Source: a virus
Length of the DNA stretch: 64,000 nt
IMG/VR virus record: IMGVR_UViG_3300045988_177331
Direction: 5' to 3' (one strand)
Positions 8,619-16,319 of this stretch are shown piece after piece (position 1 is the first letter of the stretch; each line of letters starts with the position of its first letter). The translations under genes and the position numbers were made by a program. The notes below the pieces were generated by a model. It ran no database searches. It was not told the origin of the DNA and saw nothing but the letters and a program-made list of their open reading frames with translations.

Positions 8619-9029
8619 ATGGAAACAACAGAACAAAAAATTAACTTGCAACTAAACATTGATGGTCACAAATTCTTTGAAACCAATCAATTATTTGATG
8701 ATGACCAAACCTATTCAAATTTGATACAAGGGTTTATGGATGACCTTGATTATAAATTGGAAAACATGAGGGATTCAGAAGATGAACCAGTAGATGATGA
8801 AATTTATAGTAAGGTTGTTTCATACAAAAAACCAAAATTACAAATATCAATTAATATTGATATTCCAGAACAAGAAGCTAATAGTATCATATCTGATATA
8901 CGATTTACCTATGATATAAATACTTTGGTAAAAGAAATATATGATATGCTAAATAAATCATCTCTACATATCCAGGACATAAATAAAGTAATAGATATTG
9001 TCAGGTCAAAATTCTACAATAAATTCTAA
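8619..9029 (+). CDS. hypothetical acidic protein
   Basis: 136 aa, D/E-rich (…DSEDEPVDDE…). Confidence 0.6.
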   Translation: METTEQKINLQLNIDGHKFFETNQLFDDDQTYSNLIQGFMDDLDYKLENMRDSEDEPVDDEIYSKVVSYKKPKLQISINIDIPEQEANSIISDIRFTYDINTLVKEIYDMLNKSSLHIQDINKVIDIVRSKFYNKF

Positions 9030-9034
9030 CTAAT

Positions 9035-9298
9035 ATGCAATTCAGTAGCTTTATAACCAATAAAATCATTAAAAAACTTATTGAATGGGACCCAGAATTA
9101 TGGTGGGTAGATATATTACATAATTCTAACTTTAACTTTTTCAATGATTTACAAAATCTGTTAAACTCATATAATAATCATATAGACATTATATTCTATC
9201 CCAATGATGAACAAATATATTTCATTGAACATGGAACAGAAAATCCTTGTCATACTTTTAGGGTAGATGATGTAACCTTTTATATAATAATTAAATAA
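9035..9298 (+). CDS. hypothetical protein
   Basis: 87 aa in a tightly packed + strand series. Confidence 0.5.
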   Translation: MQFSSFITNKIIKKLIEWDPELWWVDILHNSNFNFFNDLQNLLNSYNNHIDIIFYPNDEQIYFIEHGTENPCHTFRVDDVTFYIIIK

Positions 9299-9305
9299 CA
9301 CTAAT

Positions 9306-9668
9306 ATGATAAAGAGATTAGTTAACAAACTAGACCCAAGTGAATTATTATCAGAATATACATATAATGCACTTATTTACCTATGTGATTCTGGAAAAGA
9401 ATTTGCTAATTGTTTGAATAATATCCAAGAACATAATTTTAGAAAGGAAGCTATAGATTCCCAAATACACAATATGTTCAAACAGGTTCATTTAGAAAAC
9501 CAAATACATGATGTAGAATTTGGTGCTTTTAAGATAAATGGAGAACTATTACCATCTATAAAATTCAAATTAATAGAAGACCCAATACATGATTGGTTTC
9601 TAATTGGTGCAGAAGACCAAATAATATTATTAGCAAATAATCCATTATATGAAACTGGACAAAACTAA
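9306..9668 (+). CDS. hypothetical protein
   Basis: 120 aa. Confidence 0.55.
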   Translation: MIKRLVNKLDPSELLSEYTYNALIYLCDSGKEFANCLNNIQEHNFRKEAIDSQIHNMFKQVHLENQIHDVEFGAFKINGELLPSIKFKLIEDPIHDWFLIGAEDQIILLANNPLYETGQN

Positions 9669-9673
9669 ATATC

Positions 9674-10015
9674 ATGAAACTATCCAAGAAAATACAAAAA
9701 CTCTTTAATGATACTTTCAAAGAAAAGGATTATTACACTTTTCTAGAATCATTATCTACCTTTGATAATAGGTATCATACTATAATAATAAGAATGGATA
9801 TGATATCCTTAACTGAACTGATACAGAAAGTAAGGTTACTATCTTTCCTTATATTGTCATCTATATTCAAATATAAAAATATAGCTATTAGACATTTTGA
9901 AGAATCAGAGAATGGGTTCTTAATAATAAGGTCTTATCAAGATGATAAGTATCAAATGAATATAACCCTATTCAAAGATTCTGGAATCATGCAAATAAAC
10001 ATATTAGAAATATGA
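9674..10015 (+). CDS. hypothetical protein
   Basis: 113 aa, ATGA overlap with the next gene. Confidence 0.55.
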   Translation: MKLSKKIQKLFNDTFKEKDYYTFLESLSTFDNRYHTIIIRMDMISLTELIQKVRLLSFLILSSIFKYKNIAIRHFEESENGFLIIRSYQDDKYQMNITLFKDSGIMQINILEI

Positions 10016-10266
10016 AACTGTTAGCTCATCTCATATATCTATTAAATGAACAGGGGGTAGGTAATACATTTTACCTATCTCCTATCATTAAAAAAATCCT
10101 GGATAATCACTATGAACAGGAAAGAAAAGCTAAGTTATCAACAATGAAGGTATATATCAGAAAGTTTACAAATAATGGATACCTTAAAAAAGAACCAGGA
10201 CATTATATCCTATTAAAACCAATTCCAACAGATTTAACTACTACAATTTTAAGGACCTGGAAATAA
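10012..10266 (+). CDS. hypothetical protein
   Basis: 84 aa. Confidence 0.5.
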   Translation: MKLLAHLIYLLNEQGVGNTFYLSPIIKKILDNHYEQERKAKLSTMKVYIRKFTNNGYLKKEPGHYILLKPIPTDLTTTILRTWK

Positions 10267-10314
10267 CCATTAAAATATTGGTATATAAAGGGTTATAAAT
10301 AATAAATTTATTAT

Positions 10315-10322
10315 TATATTTG
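10315..10322 (+). promoter_or_regulatory. -7 box (TATATTTG CATT) promoter candidate
   Basis: TATATTTGCATTA lies 23 nt upstream of ATG 10345. No clean -33 TTTG. Confidence 0.5.
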
Positions 10323-10344
10323 CATTATAAAATAATAAATAATT

Positions 10345-10713
10345 ATGAACTCAGACTTAAAAATCACCTTATCCAGGGTATTGGAAAAACCATTACAAAT
10401 CAATGGAACTGATACTGAAACTCATTATATAAATGAGTTATTCAAACGTTTAGTATTCCATGAATTACTAAATAAACTGAACCTAAAAGACCTATACCAC
10501 TATAGAGACAATGTTAAATATTGTCCTGGTAAGGTAGAATTAAATTTCACCCTTAATAAACAAGAACTAGATTCCTTAATAAACCAAATAACCAGTATGG
10601 ATAATGTACAAAAGACCTATACCATACTTCAATCAAAATTACAGGACTTAAATAAAGAAGAACAAGAAGAATTAATCCAATTATTAATAAAAAACTATGG
10701 AAGAAATATATAA
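10345..10713 (+). CDS. hypothetical protein
   Basis: 122 aa. Confidence 0.55.
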   Translation: MNSDLKITLSRVLEKPLQINGTDTETHYINELFKRLVFHELLNKLNLKDLYHYRDNVKYCPGKVELNFTLNKQELDSLINQITSMDNVQKTYTILQSKLQDLNKEEQEELIQLLIKNYGRNI

Positions 10714-11146
10714 AACTCTAAGAGAACAAATAAAAGGGAACTTTGATGAGGATAATATAATAGTTATATTGGATAATTTAATCTCTTTAACATGTGAGGA
10801 ACACCCAATTCCAGGCACCAACAATAGGGTATTCATAATACAGCCTTACCTAATTGATAGCTTAGAAAAAATAGGTAAACAATTAAATATATATGAACAT
10901 TTCCATAGAGTCCAAATATATCTAGACATATTAATTCAAGTACAATGGATAAAGATGTCACTAAACCTAAAATGCTATTTCATAAGGCAATTCATAGAGC
11001 AAAAGCTACTAGAATTAAATGAACACATAACCAGATATGAAATAATCACTGGAAAACCACTTACAAAGGAATATATAAGGTTCTTCAATGAACCCAAAAA
11101 ACAATATGAACTAACCATCAAAAACTATCTACAATGGAAGATTTAA
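10697..11146 (+). CDS. hypothetical protein
   Basis: 149 aa. Codons begin to shift towards C-ending forms. Confidence 0.55.
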   Translation: MEEIYKTLREQIKGNFDEDNIIVILDNLISLTCEEHPIPGTNNRVFIIQPYLIDSLEKIGKQLNIYEHFHRVQIYLDILIQVQWIKMSLNLKCYFIRQFIEQKLLELNEHITRYEIITGKPLTKEYIRFFNEPKKQYELTIKNYLQWKI

Positions 11147-11610
11147 ACTTATTATCAGAAGAACTATTAGAACAAATCTTTATATATCTAAAAGATATAA
11201 ACTGGGAAGAAGACCAAATAGATAATATATTAGGTCAAATATCAGATATAGAGGAAGAACTAGAACTAGAAGACAATCTAATCCTATTACCCAACTTCCC
11301 CTATATAAATACATATCTAGAAGACTTTAAATACTTAATCATATATGAATCACCTAAATATATTCTTCTACAAGATATACCAAATCAATTATACGACTAT
11401 CTAGAACAAATAGACCTAATCCCATTCCAAGGATACTCAACCACCTTCCAAGAACTAGAATACAATTACAACTACCACATAAGGTACAGAACCCAGAGAC
11501 TAAAAATACAGAACCAAATAGAACAAGAATCCCAACAACTAATCAAGGACTTAATCCTATCCAACCAAATAAATAATGTAACCCCAACCCAAATCAAAAT
11601 CCAATTCTAA
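11134..11610 (+). CDS. hypothetical strongly acidic protein
   Basis: 158 aa with a large excess of D/E over K/R in the first ~110 residues (…IEEELELEDN…). C-ending codons. Confidence 0.6.
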   Translation: MEDLNLLSEELLEQIFIYLKDINWEEDQIDNILGQISDIEEELELEDNLILLPNFPYINTYLEDFKYLIIYESPKYILLQDIPNQLYDYLEQIDLIPFQGYSTTFQELEYNYNYHIRYRTQRLKIQNQIEQESQQLIKDLILSNQINNVTPTQIKIQF

Positions 11611-11617
11611 ATAAGTA

Positions 11618-11653
11618 TAGGGAACTCCCAAAACACAAAAAGGAAGTTCCCTA
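11618..11653 (+). terminator. hairpin, terminator candidate
   Basis: TAGGGAACT (11618-11626) / AGTTCCCTA (11645-11653), 18-nt loop, weak T tract. Confidence 0.4.
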
Positions 11654-12083
11654 TTATAATACTAAATCCCAATAACCCACGTACAAAAGGATTACAAAAT
11701 ACCACCAACCCCAAACATAAAAAAACCAAATAATAATATAAAGAACCAACCCATATAAATAAAAGGGTAATATATAAATAACAATATAATAATATAAAAA
11801 ACAAAATACCCTTAAATCCCAATCCCTTTTATTTACACCCCCCTCCTCTTTTTTTATTCCTTTTCTCTATTCAGGATTTTTAATAAACTGAACAAAAAAG
11901 CATAAAAACTATATCAAAACATATAGTCTATCAGTTTAGGCCGGGCCCTTTTTGGGTGTTTTAGGCAGTTCGAGAAGGTACTGTTTACCCCATGTTTTTG
12001 AAGCTTTTTGACTTTTAGGGCCCCCCTACCCTTTAAAAAAAACTCTTTAAAAACACAGCGTTTTGGCTCACTCACAAATCCGA

Positions 12084-12560
12084 AAAATTGCCCAAAAAGG
12101 CAATCCTAGACCCAAATTTCGGTACCCAAAAGGCAATTTTTAGGTACCTAAAAGGCAATCCCAGAGGCAATTTTTAGGCAATTTAGGTACCTAAAATAGG
12201 CCCAAATTTAATAAATTTCGGTACCTAAAAGGCAATTTTTTGGGCCTAAAAGGCCCTCGGATTTATAAAAAATAGGCAATTTTTAGGCCCAAAATTGAGG
12301 GATTTTTATAAAAATAGGTACCTAAAATGGTCTAGGATTTAATAAAAATTGCCTAAAATTTGAATCCTGAGGGCAATTTTTGGGTAAAATTTTAGGGATT
12401 TTAGGCAATTTTTAGGCTCGGATTTAATAAAAAAGGCCCTTCTAGGTACCCAAAAAGGCAAAATTTTGGGTAATTTTAGGGCCTAAATTTAATAAATTAG
12501 GGTATTCAGGTACCTATTTTAGGTAAAATTTTAATAAAATTAGGGCCCAAAAGTACTTAG
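12084..12560. repeat. ORF-free array of helically phased short iterons (GGCAAT(T5), GGTACC(Y)AAAA, AGGCCC, GGATTTAATAAAAA)
   Basis: GGCAAT starts at 12099, 12132, 12154, 12166, 12177, 12231, 12275, 12372 and 12404, with inverted copies at 12087 and 12348. GGTACC starts at 12121, 12143, 12186, 12220, 12317, 12445 and 12509. Confidence 0.9.
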
Positions 12561-12796
12561 GATTTAAAATTCCCATCAACAATGTGTAAAGGATTTAAGG
12601 CCCTTGGGGTTATTTTTCCTAAAATATCTTAGTAATTTACAAGTATAGAGCTAAGAGTTAATATTAAAAGTAAAAAATAAACTCTAGAAGGTATATTAAA
12701 ATTAAAAGCATGTAGACTATATAGAAAGAAGATAGATATTGATATGTTATTGAGATGACATCAATTTAAGCTTAAATTTAAGGCCCCGAATTTTTA

Positions 12797-12828
12797 TTTG
12801 CATATTATATAATAATATATTATATTTG
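12797..12828 (+). promoter_or_regulatory. Bacteroidota-type promoter, early promoter family copy
   Basis: TTTG (12797-12800), 20 nt, TATATTTG (12821-12828) + CATTG. Upstream CCCCGAATTTTTA is shared with the copy at 2281. Confidence 0.7.
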
Positions 12829-12882
12829 CATTGCAATTAAATGCAATAAATATATTATTAACAACACTAAAACATTAACAAC

Positions 12883-13248
12883 ATGATTACAATCAAAAGT
12901 CATTTTGCATTCTCAGGAATCAATATTCCAACATGCATTACTTGTTCAATCAACTCTTATTACAAAGATGAACAATTCATTCAGGAGATAGATTTTCCAA
13001 CTACACCAATCACAGAACCTCTGGGACAAAATTACCTTAAATCAATAATTAATAACAATTTAAAAACACTAGACGATAACCTAACGGAATTACGAAAATA
13101 CCCAAATGATTCAGAACTTGCATCAGAAACAGTAGAACTATTTACTGCAATAAAACAAATAAATAAACATTTATTACCTGATAACCAAATATTTTACCTG
13201 GATTCTTATAATCCAACAATACAGAACCTTATAAATAACTTAAAATAA
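12883..13248 (+). CDS. hypothetical protein
   Basis: 121 aa, one of only two ORFs in 11.6-14.9 kb. Confidence 0.5.
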   Translation: MITIKSHFAFSGINIPTCITCSINSYYKDEQFIQEIDFPTTPITEPLGQNYLKSIINNNLKTLDDNLTELRKYPNDSELASETVELFTAIKQINKHLLPDNQIFYLDSYNPTIQNLINNLK

Positions 13249-13357
13249 TAACCTTTTAAAAACTTAACATTATGAATGCTCTAGAATTCAATTATTATAT
13301 TACTTATCACAATATTTAGACTAAGTTTCCATAATAATAACATAATCCTGAATGACT

Positions 13358-13387
13358 GGGAGACCTAAAAAGTCTCCCTTTCTTTTT
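13358..13387 (+). terminator. rho-independent terminator
   Basis: GGGAGAC (13358-13364) / GTCTCCC (13372-13378) followed by TTTCTTTTT. Confidence 0.65.
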
Positions 13388-13600
13388 GTGAATCAGAAAA
13401 ATCCCTCAACAAAGGCCCAAACCGAAAAAGGCCTTTACCTTATGACAATTATTGTAATCCTGATTTTAGGGATTACCCAATAAATTACTTCCTACGCCCT
13501 ATAACACATCCTGACCCAATATTCAGGAACTCAATCCTACACTTACCCACTGGGAGCAAAATTATTATATAATATATGATTGGAATAAAAATATAATTAT

Positions 13601-13608
13601 TATATTTG
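13601..13608 (+). promoter_or_regulatory. -7 box (TATATTTG CATTG) promoter candidate
   Basis: Lies 33 nt upstream of ATG 13641. Only ATTG is near the -33 position. Confidence 0.5.
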
Positions 13609-13640
13609 CATTGTATTATTAACAACTAAAATTTATTTTT

Positions 13641-14198
13641 ATGGAAACAAAAAATTATTTAGAGAGAATGCAAGAATTAAATGCAATCGCAACAAATTTA
13701 TTTATGGGACCCAACAGACCCCAATACAAACTTGCCATAATTTTAACCATTGACTATGCTGGAGCTTATGGGCTCTCATTACCTGGTAACCTAAACATTA
13801 TTAATAACGAATACTTCGAAATAACGGGAGACCCCGATAACGAAGGTTACTTTGCTCAAATAACCTCTTTACCCTTCAAAGACCAGGTAAACCTAAAACA
13901 CCAAATCGCTAACATAATAACCGATAACCTAAATTACCTAAATAACTGGTTAAACTCCAATCCTGACGATGGGGACTATTTCGACTATATACCAAGCTTA
14001 ATCGACCAAATGCTCCAATTAATAAACTTAGGCTTCAAAACCTTGGACAACTTTAAAAACGAATACGACTACATTTACGAAAAACTCCAAACACAAATTA
14101 ATAAATATAACGAAATGGACCCCGAAAACGGTATTAACCACATTAACCTAAATACCTTCACCTTAACCGAAGGTTACATGATACATATGCACCTATAA
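13641..14198 (+). CDS. hypothetical acidic protein with atypical codon usage
   Basis: 185 aa. Uses AAC/GAC/TAC/TTC/ACC codons and carries 18 CpG in 558 bp (hand count), unlike most of the window. Confidence 0.55.
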   Translation: METKNYLERMQELNAIATNLFMGPNRPQYKLAIILTIDYAGAYGLSLPGNLNIINNEYFEITGDPDNEGYFAQITSLPFKDQVNLKHQIANIITDNLNYLNNWLNSNPDDGDYFDYIPSLIDQMLQLINLGFKTLDNFKNEYDYIYEKLQTQINKYNEMDPENGINHINLNTFTLTEGYMIHMHL

Positions 14199-14302
14199 AA
14201 AAACCTAAACCCAATTAGGGGCCCTCAACAATGGGTCCCTTTTATTTTCGCCTTAAAGGGACCACCTACGCCCTTTAAGCAAAATTGGAAAATTTTATCA
14301 AT

Positions 14303-14347
14303 CGCTTGAATCCTTATATCGCTTGAAAATAACCACATACGCTTGAA
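14303..14347. repeat. three direct copies of CGCTTGAA(A)
   Basis: Copies at 14303-14310, 14320-14327 and 14340-14347, with spacing of 17 and 20 nt, in non-coding DNA. Confidence 0.85.
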
Positions 14348-14727
14348 ACTACTTACCTTTGATTATTCTTTTACTATCAAAGAAACAAAGCAATATATAA
14401 ATATCATTCTAGAGCCTCAAAGAATTTAAACATATTTACTCTAATGGCCATAATTCTATTATTTCTAAGAAATATTACTTCCTACCTGATTTACTACATA
14501 CCCAATTCTAAATATATAACCTTAAATATTACCAACAACGTATTTCCTAAAACTATACATACCTAATCAGATAATTAATATATTGCTAACAACGCATGTG
14601 CACCTTTCAGGCATACCAACAATGGTTCCCATCAACAAGGGCCTAATCTTACTAACGCCTTCAGACCCCCGTGGCAAATTTGTAAAAAATTGTAAAAAGA
14701 AATAAAAATAAAAATTATTTATTTTCA

Positions 14728-14785
14728 TTCTAAATAATATTATTTATATTGATTCTAAATTATTTTATTTAGAATTTTTCTAAAT
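14728..14785. promoter_or_regulatory. operator-like half-site cluster TTCTAAAT, including the palindrome TTCTAAAT-N6-ATTTAGAA
   Basis: TTCTAAAT at 14728, 14753 and 14778; inverted ATTTAGAA at 14767-14774. Immediately upstream of the promoter at 14818-14849. Confidence 0.6.
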
Positions 14786-14817
14786 AAAAATATTTTATAT
14801 TTTTTAACTTCAAAAGT

Positions 14818-14849
14818 ATTGACAAACGGATAAAAATATATTATCTTTG
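14818..14849 (+). promoter_or_regulatory. promoter of the three-gene cassette
   Basis: ATTG(ACA) at 14818-14821, 20 nt, TATCTTTG (14842-14849), which matches TAnnTTTG. ATG at 14929. Confidence 0.55.
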
Positions 14850-14928
14850 TTGTGTAATCGAAAGGGAAATACTTCCTAATTCATTACACATTATTATATT
14901 ATTGTTTAACTATCTAATTTTTTTAATT

Positions 14929-15288
14929 ATGGAAACAAAGAATTTTATCGATGAATTGTTAACTAATGACGTATTTGTTAAAAATTCAAATGGGAAAAAA
15001 TCCTCAATTTATAAGAGGGAATTATTTAACGGAATGTTAGACGATGACAAAAAAAAATTGCGTCGAAAATTGCGTAAAACTTTACAAAACAAATTTTTAG
15101 CCACATTTTTAACAATTCGTAAAAATGAAACTGAATTGAAAAAACTATCTAAAATTTGGAAAGAGTATGCAAACAAAGTATATAATAATATAGAGGTTGT
15201 TTGCGAATCAAATACAGACATTGAGACACAAAAACTAATTAAACAATTTTTGGAATCAATGAAAAATTGTGAAGCAAAAACAAAATAA
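14929..15288 (+). CDS. hypothetical protein (cassette gene 1)
   Basis: The track ORF starts at TTG 14902; ATG 14929 (METKNF…) is preferred. Arg is encoded by CGT/CGA, unlike the AGA/AGG used elsewhere. Confidence 0.55.
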   Translation: METKNFIDELLTNDVFVKNSNGKKSSIYKRELFNGMLDDDKKKLRRKLRKTLQNKFLATFLTIRKNETELKKLSKIWKEYANKVYNNIEVVCESNTDIETQKLIKQFLESMKNCEAKTK

Positions 15289-15342
15289 ATTTCTAATTGA
15301 GTAGGGGATAAACTCCCCTACTCCAAAAATCAAAAAAAAATT

Positions 15343-15660
15343 ATGAAAAGGGAAAATAAACGTTATATTAACTTTGTTAGAAAGGAAATACAAAACGAGT
15401 TAGATATTTTTCAAAGTTTTTTTTCAACTCCAATTTTTGAAAAAAAAGTCGTATATAAAGACGGGGATAAGATTTATATTTGCTTTCGAGACAATGAAAA
15501 GTTTTTAGAAAAATTTAATCAAAATTTTTACAAAGACTTAAAAAGAAAAATTCTTATTTCGATTCGTTCTAAACTAATTCGTGATAAAAAATTTAAGTTA
15601 AAACGTTTAGTTAATTTTGAAAAACAAAATCTAACTGCAATCATTTACGAAATTCTTTAA
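15343..15660 (+). CDS. hypothetical basic protein (cassette gene 2)
   Basis: 105 aa, A9 leader before the ATG, CpG-rich codons. Confidence 0.55.
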   Translation: MKRENKRYINFVRKEIQNELDIFQSFFSTPIFEKKVVYKDGDKIYICFRDNEKFLEKFNQNFYKDLKRKILISIRSKLIRDKKFKLKRLVNFEKQNLTAIIYEIL

Positions 15661-15671
15661 TACTTACAATT

Positions 15672-15917
15672 ATGAATACAAACGATAAACAAAGATTAAA
15701 TTTAATTTTCAAATTTGTAGAAACCTTTCAAAATCAAATTAGATTGTTTGATTTTGATGTAAATTGCAATCAAAATGAACAAATTTGCGGAGTAATTCGA
15801 TTAAATGAAAATTCAAATTTGGAAGAAATGGAACAATTTCTAATTGAAAATAAATGCAATTCGATTTTTGATTATTACGAAGTAGATAAAGATAGTTTAA
15901 TAATTGAAATGGAATAA
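15672..15917 (+). CDS. hypothetical acidic protein (cassette gene 3)
   Basis: 81 aa, followed by a strong terminator. Confidence 0.55.
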   Translation: MNTNDKQRLNLIFKFVETFQNQIRLFDFDVNCNQNEQICGVIRLNENSNLEEMEQFLIENKCNSIFDYYEVDKDSLIIEME

Positions 15918-15942
15918 ATTTTTAGTTAATTAAGTTAATAAA

Positions 15943-15971
15943 GGGGGACAAAATTTGTCCCCTATTTTTTT
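15943..15971 (+). terminator. rho-independent terminator
   Basis: GGGGACA / TGTCCCC stem (15944-15962) followed by TATTTTTTT. Confidence 0.8.
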
Positions 15972-16319
15972 ACATAATTTAGTTAAAATAAACCTACCCT
16001 ACCCCCTTCCCAAAGCCACAACTTTTAGAGCCCATAGTAATGGGAACCCAAGGGAACCAGAGAGAGAAGAGAACCCATACAACAACAAATAACCCCATAG
16101 AAACCCCTGAAAGCCAAAAAAACAACCAATCCATAACCAATAACAACCCCCCTCTCTAATCAATCCAACAAAACCCAAATTATCCTTCAAACCCAATTTC
16201 AAAAAAAAAATTCCCAATCCCCCAATAGTAATGGGAATCCCAATCTCTATTTCAATTAAAAAGGGCTACCTCCAAGAAAATATAAATATATCTTCAAAGA
16301 GATAACCCTAAAATAAAAA

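Noticed and set aside
11607-11822. Minus-strand 71-aa hydrophobic ORF
   Set aside because: It lies on the complement of a CA-rich low-complexity tract, so the G/T-rich antisense gives Phe/Leu/Gly codons by composition. There is no promoter or neighbouring minus-strand gene.
11930-12010. Possible tRNA suggested by a GTTCGAG T-loop-like string (also checked at the 297-379 hairpin)
   Set aside because: No 7-bp acceptor stem, D-arm or anticodon-arm geometry could be drawn around either candidate. I found no convincing tRNA or rRNA anywhere in the window by eye.
12084-12560. Possible CRISPR array, because of many short direct repeats in ORF-free DNA
   Set aside because: The repeats are only 6-17 nt, irregularly interleaved and of several families. 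There are no 25-40-nt repeat units separated by unique spacers of constant length, and no cas genes are present.
15999-16217. Minus-strand 72-aa Gly/Phe/Leu-rich ORF
   Set aside because: This is the same compositional artefact as 11607..11822. It is the antisense of a CA-rich tract and is separated from the real minus-strand operon.
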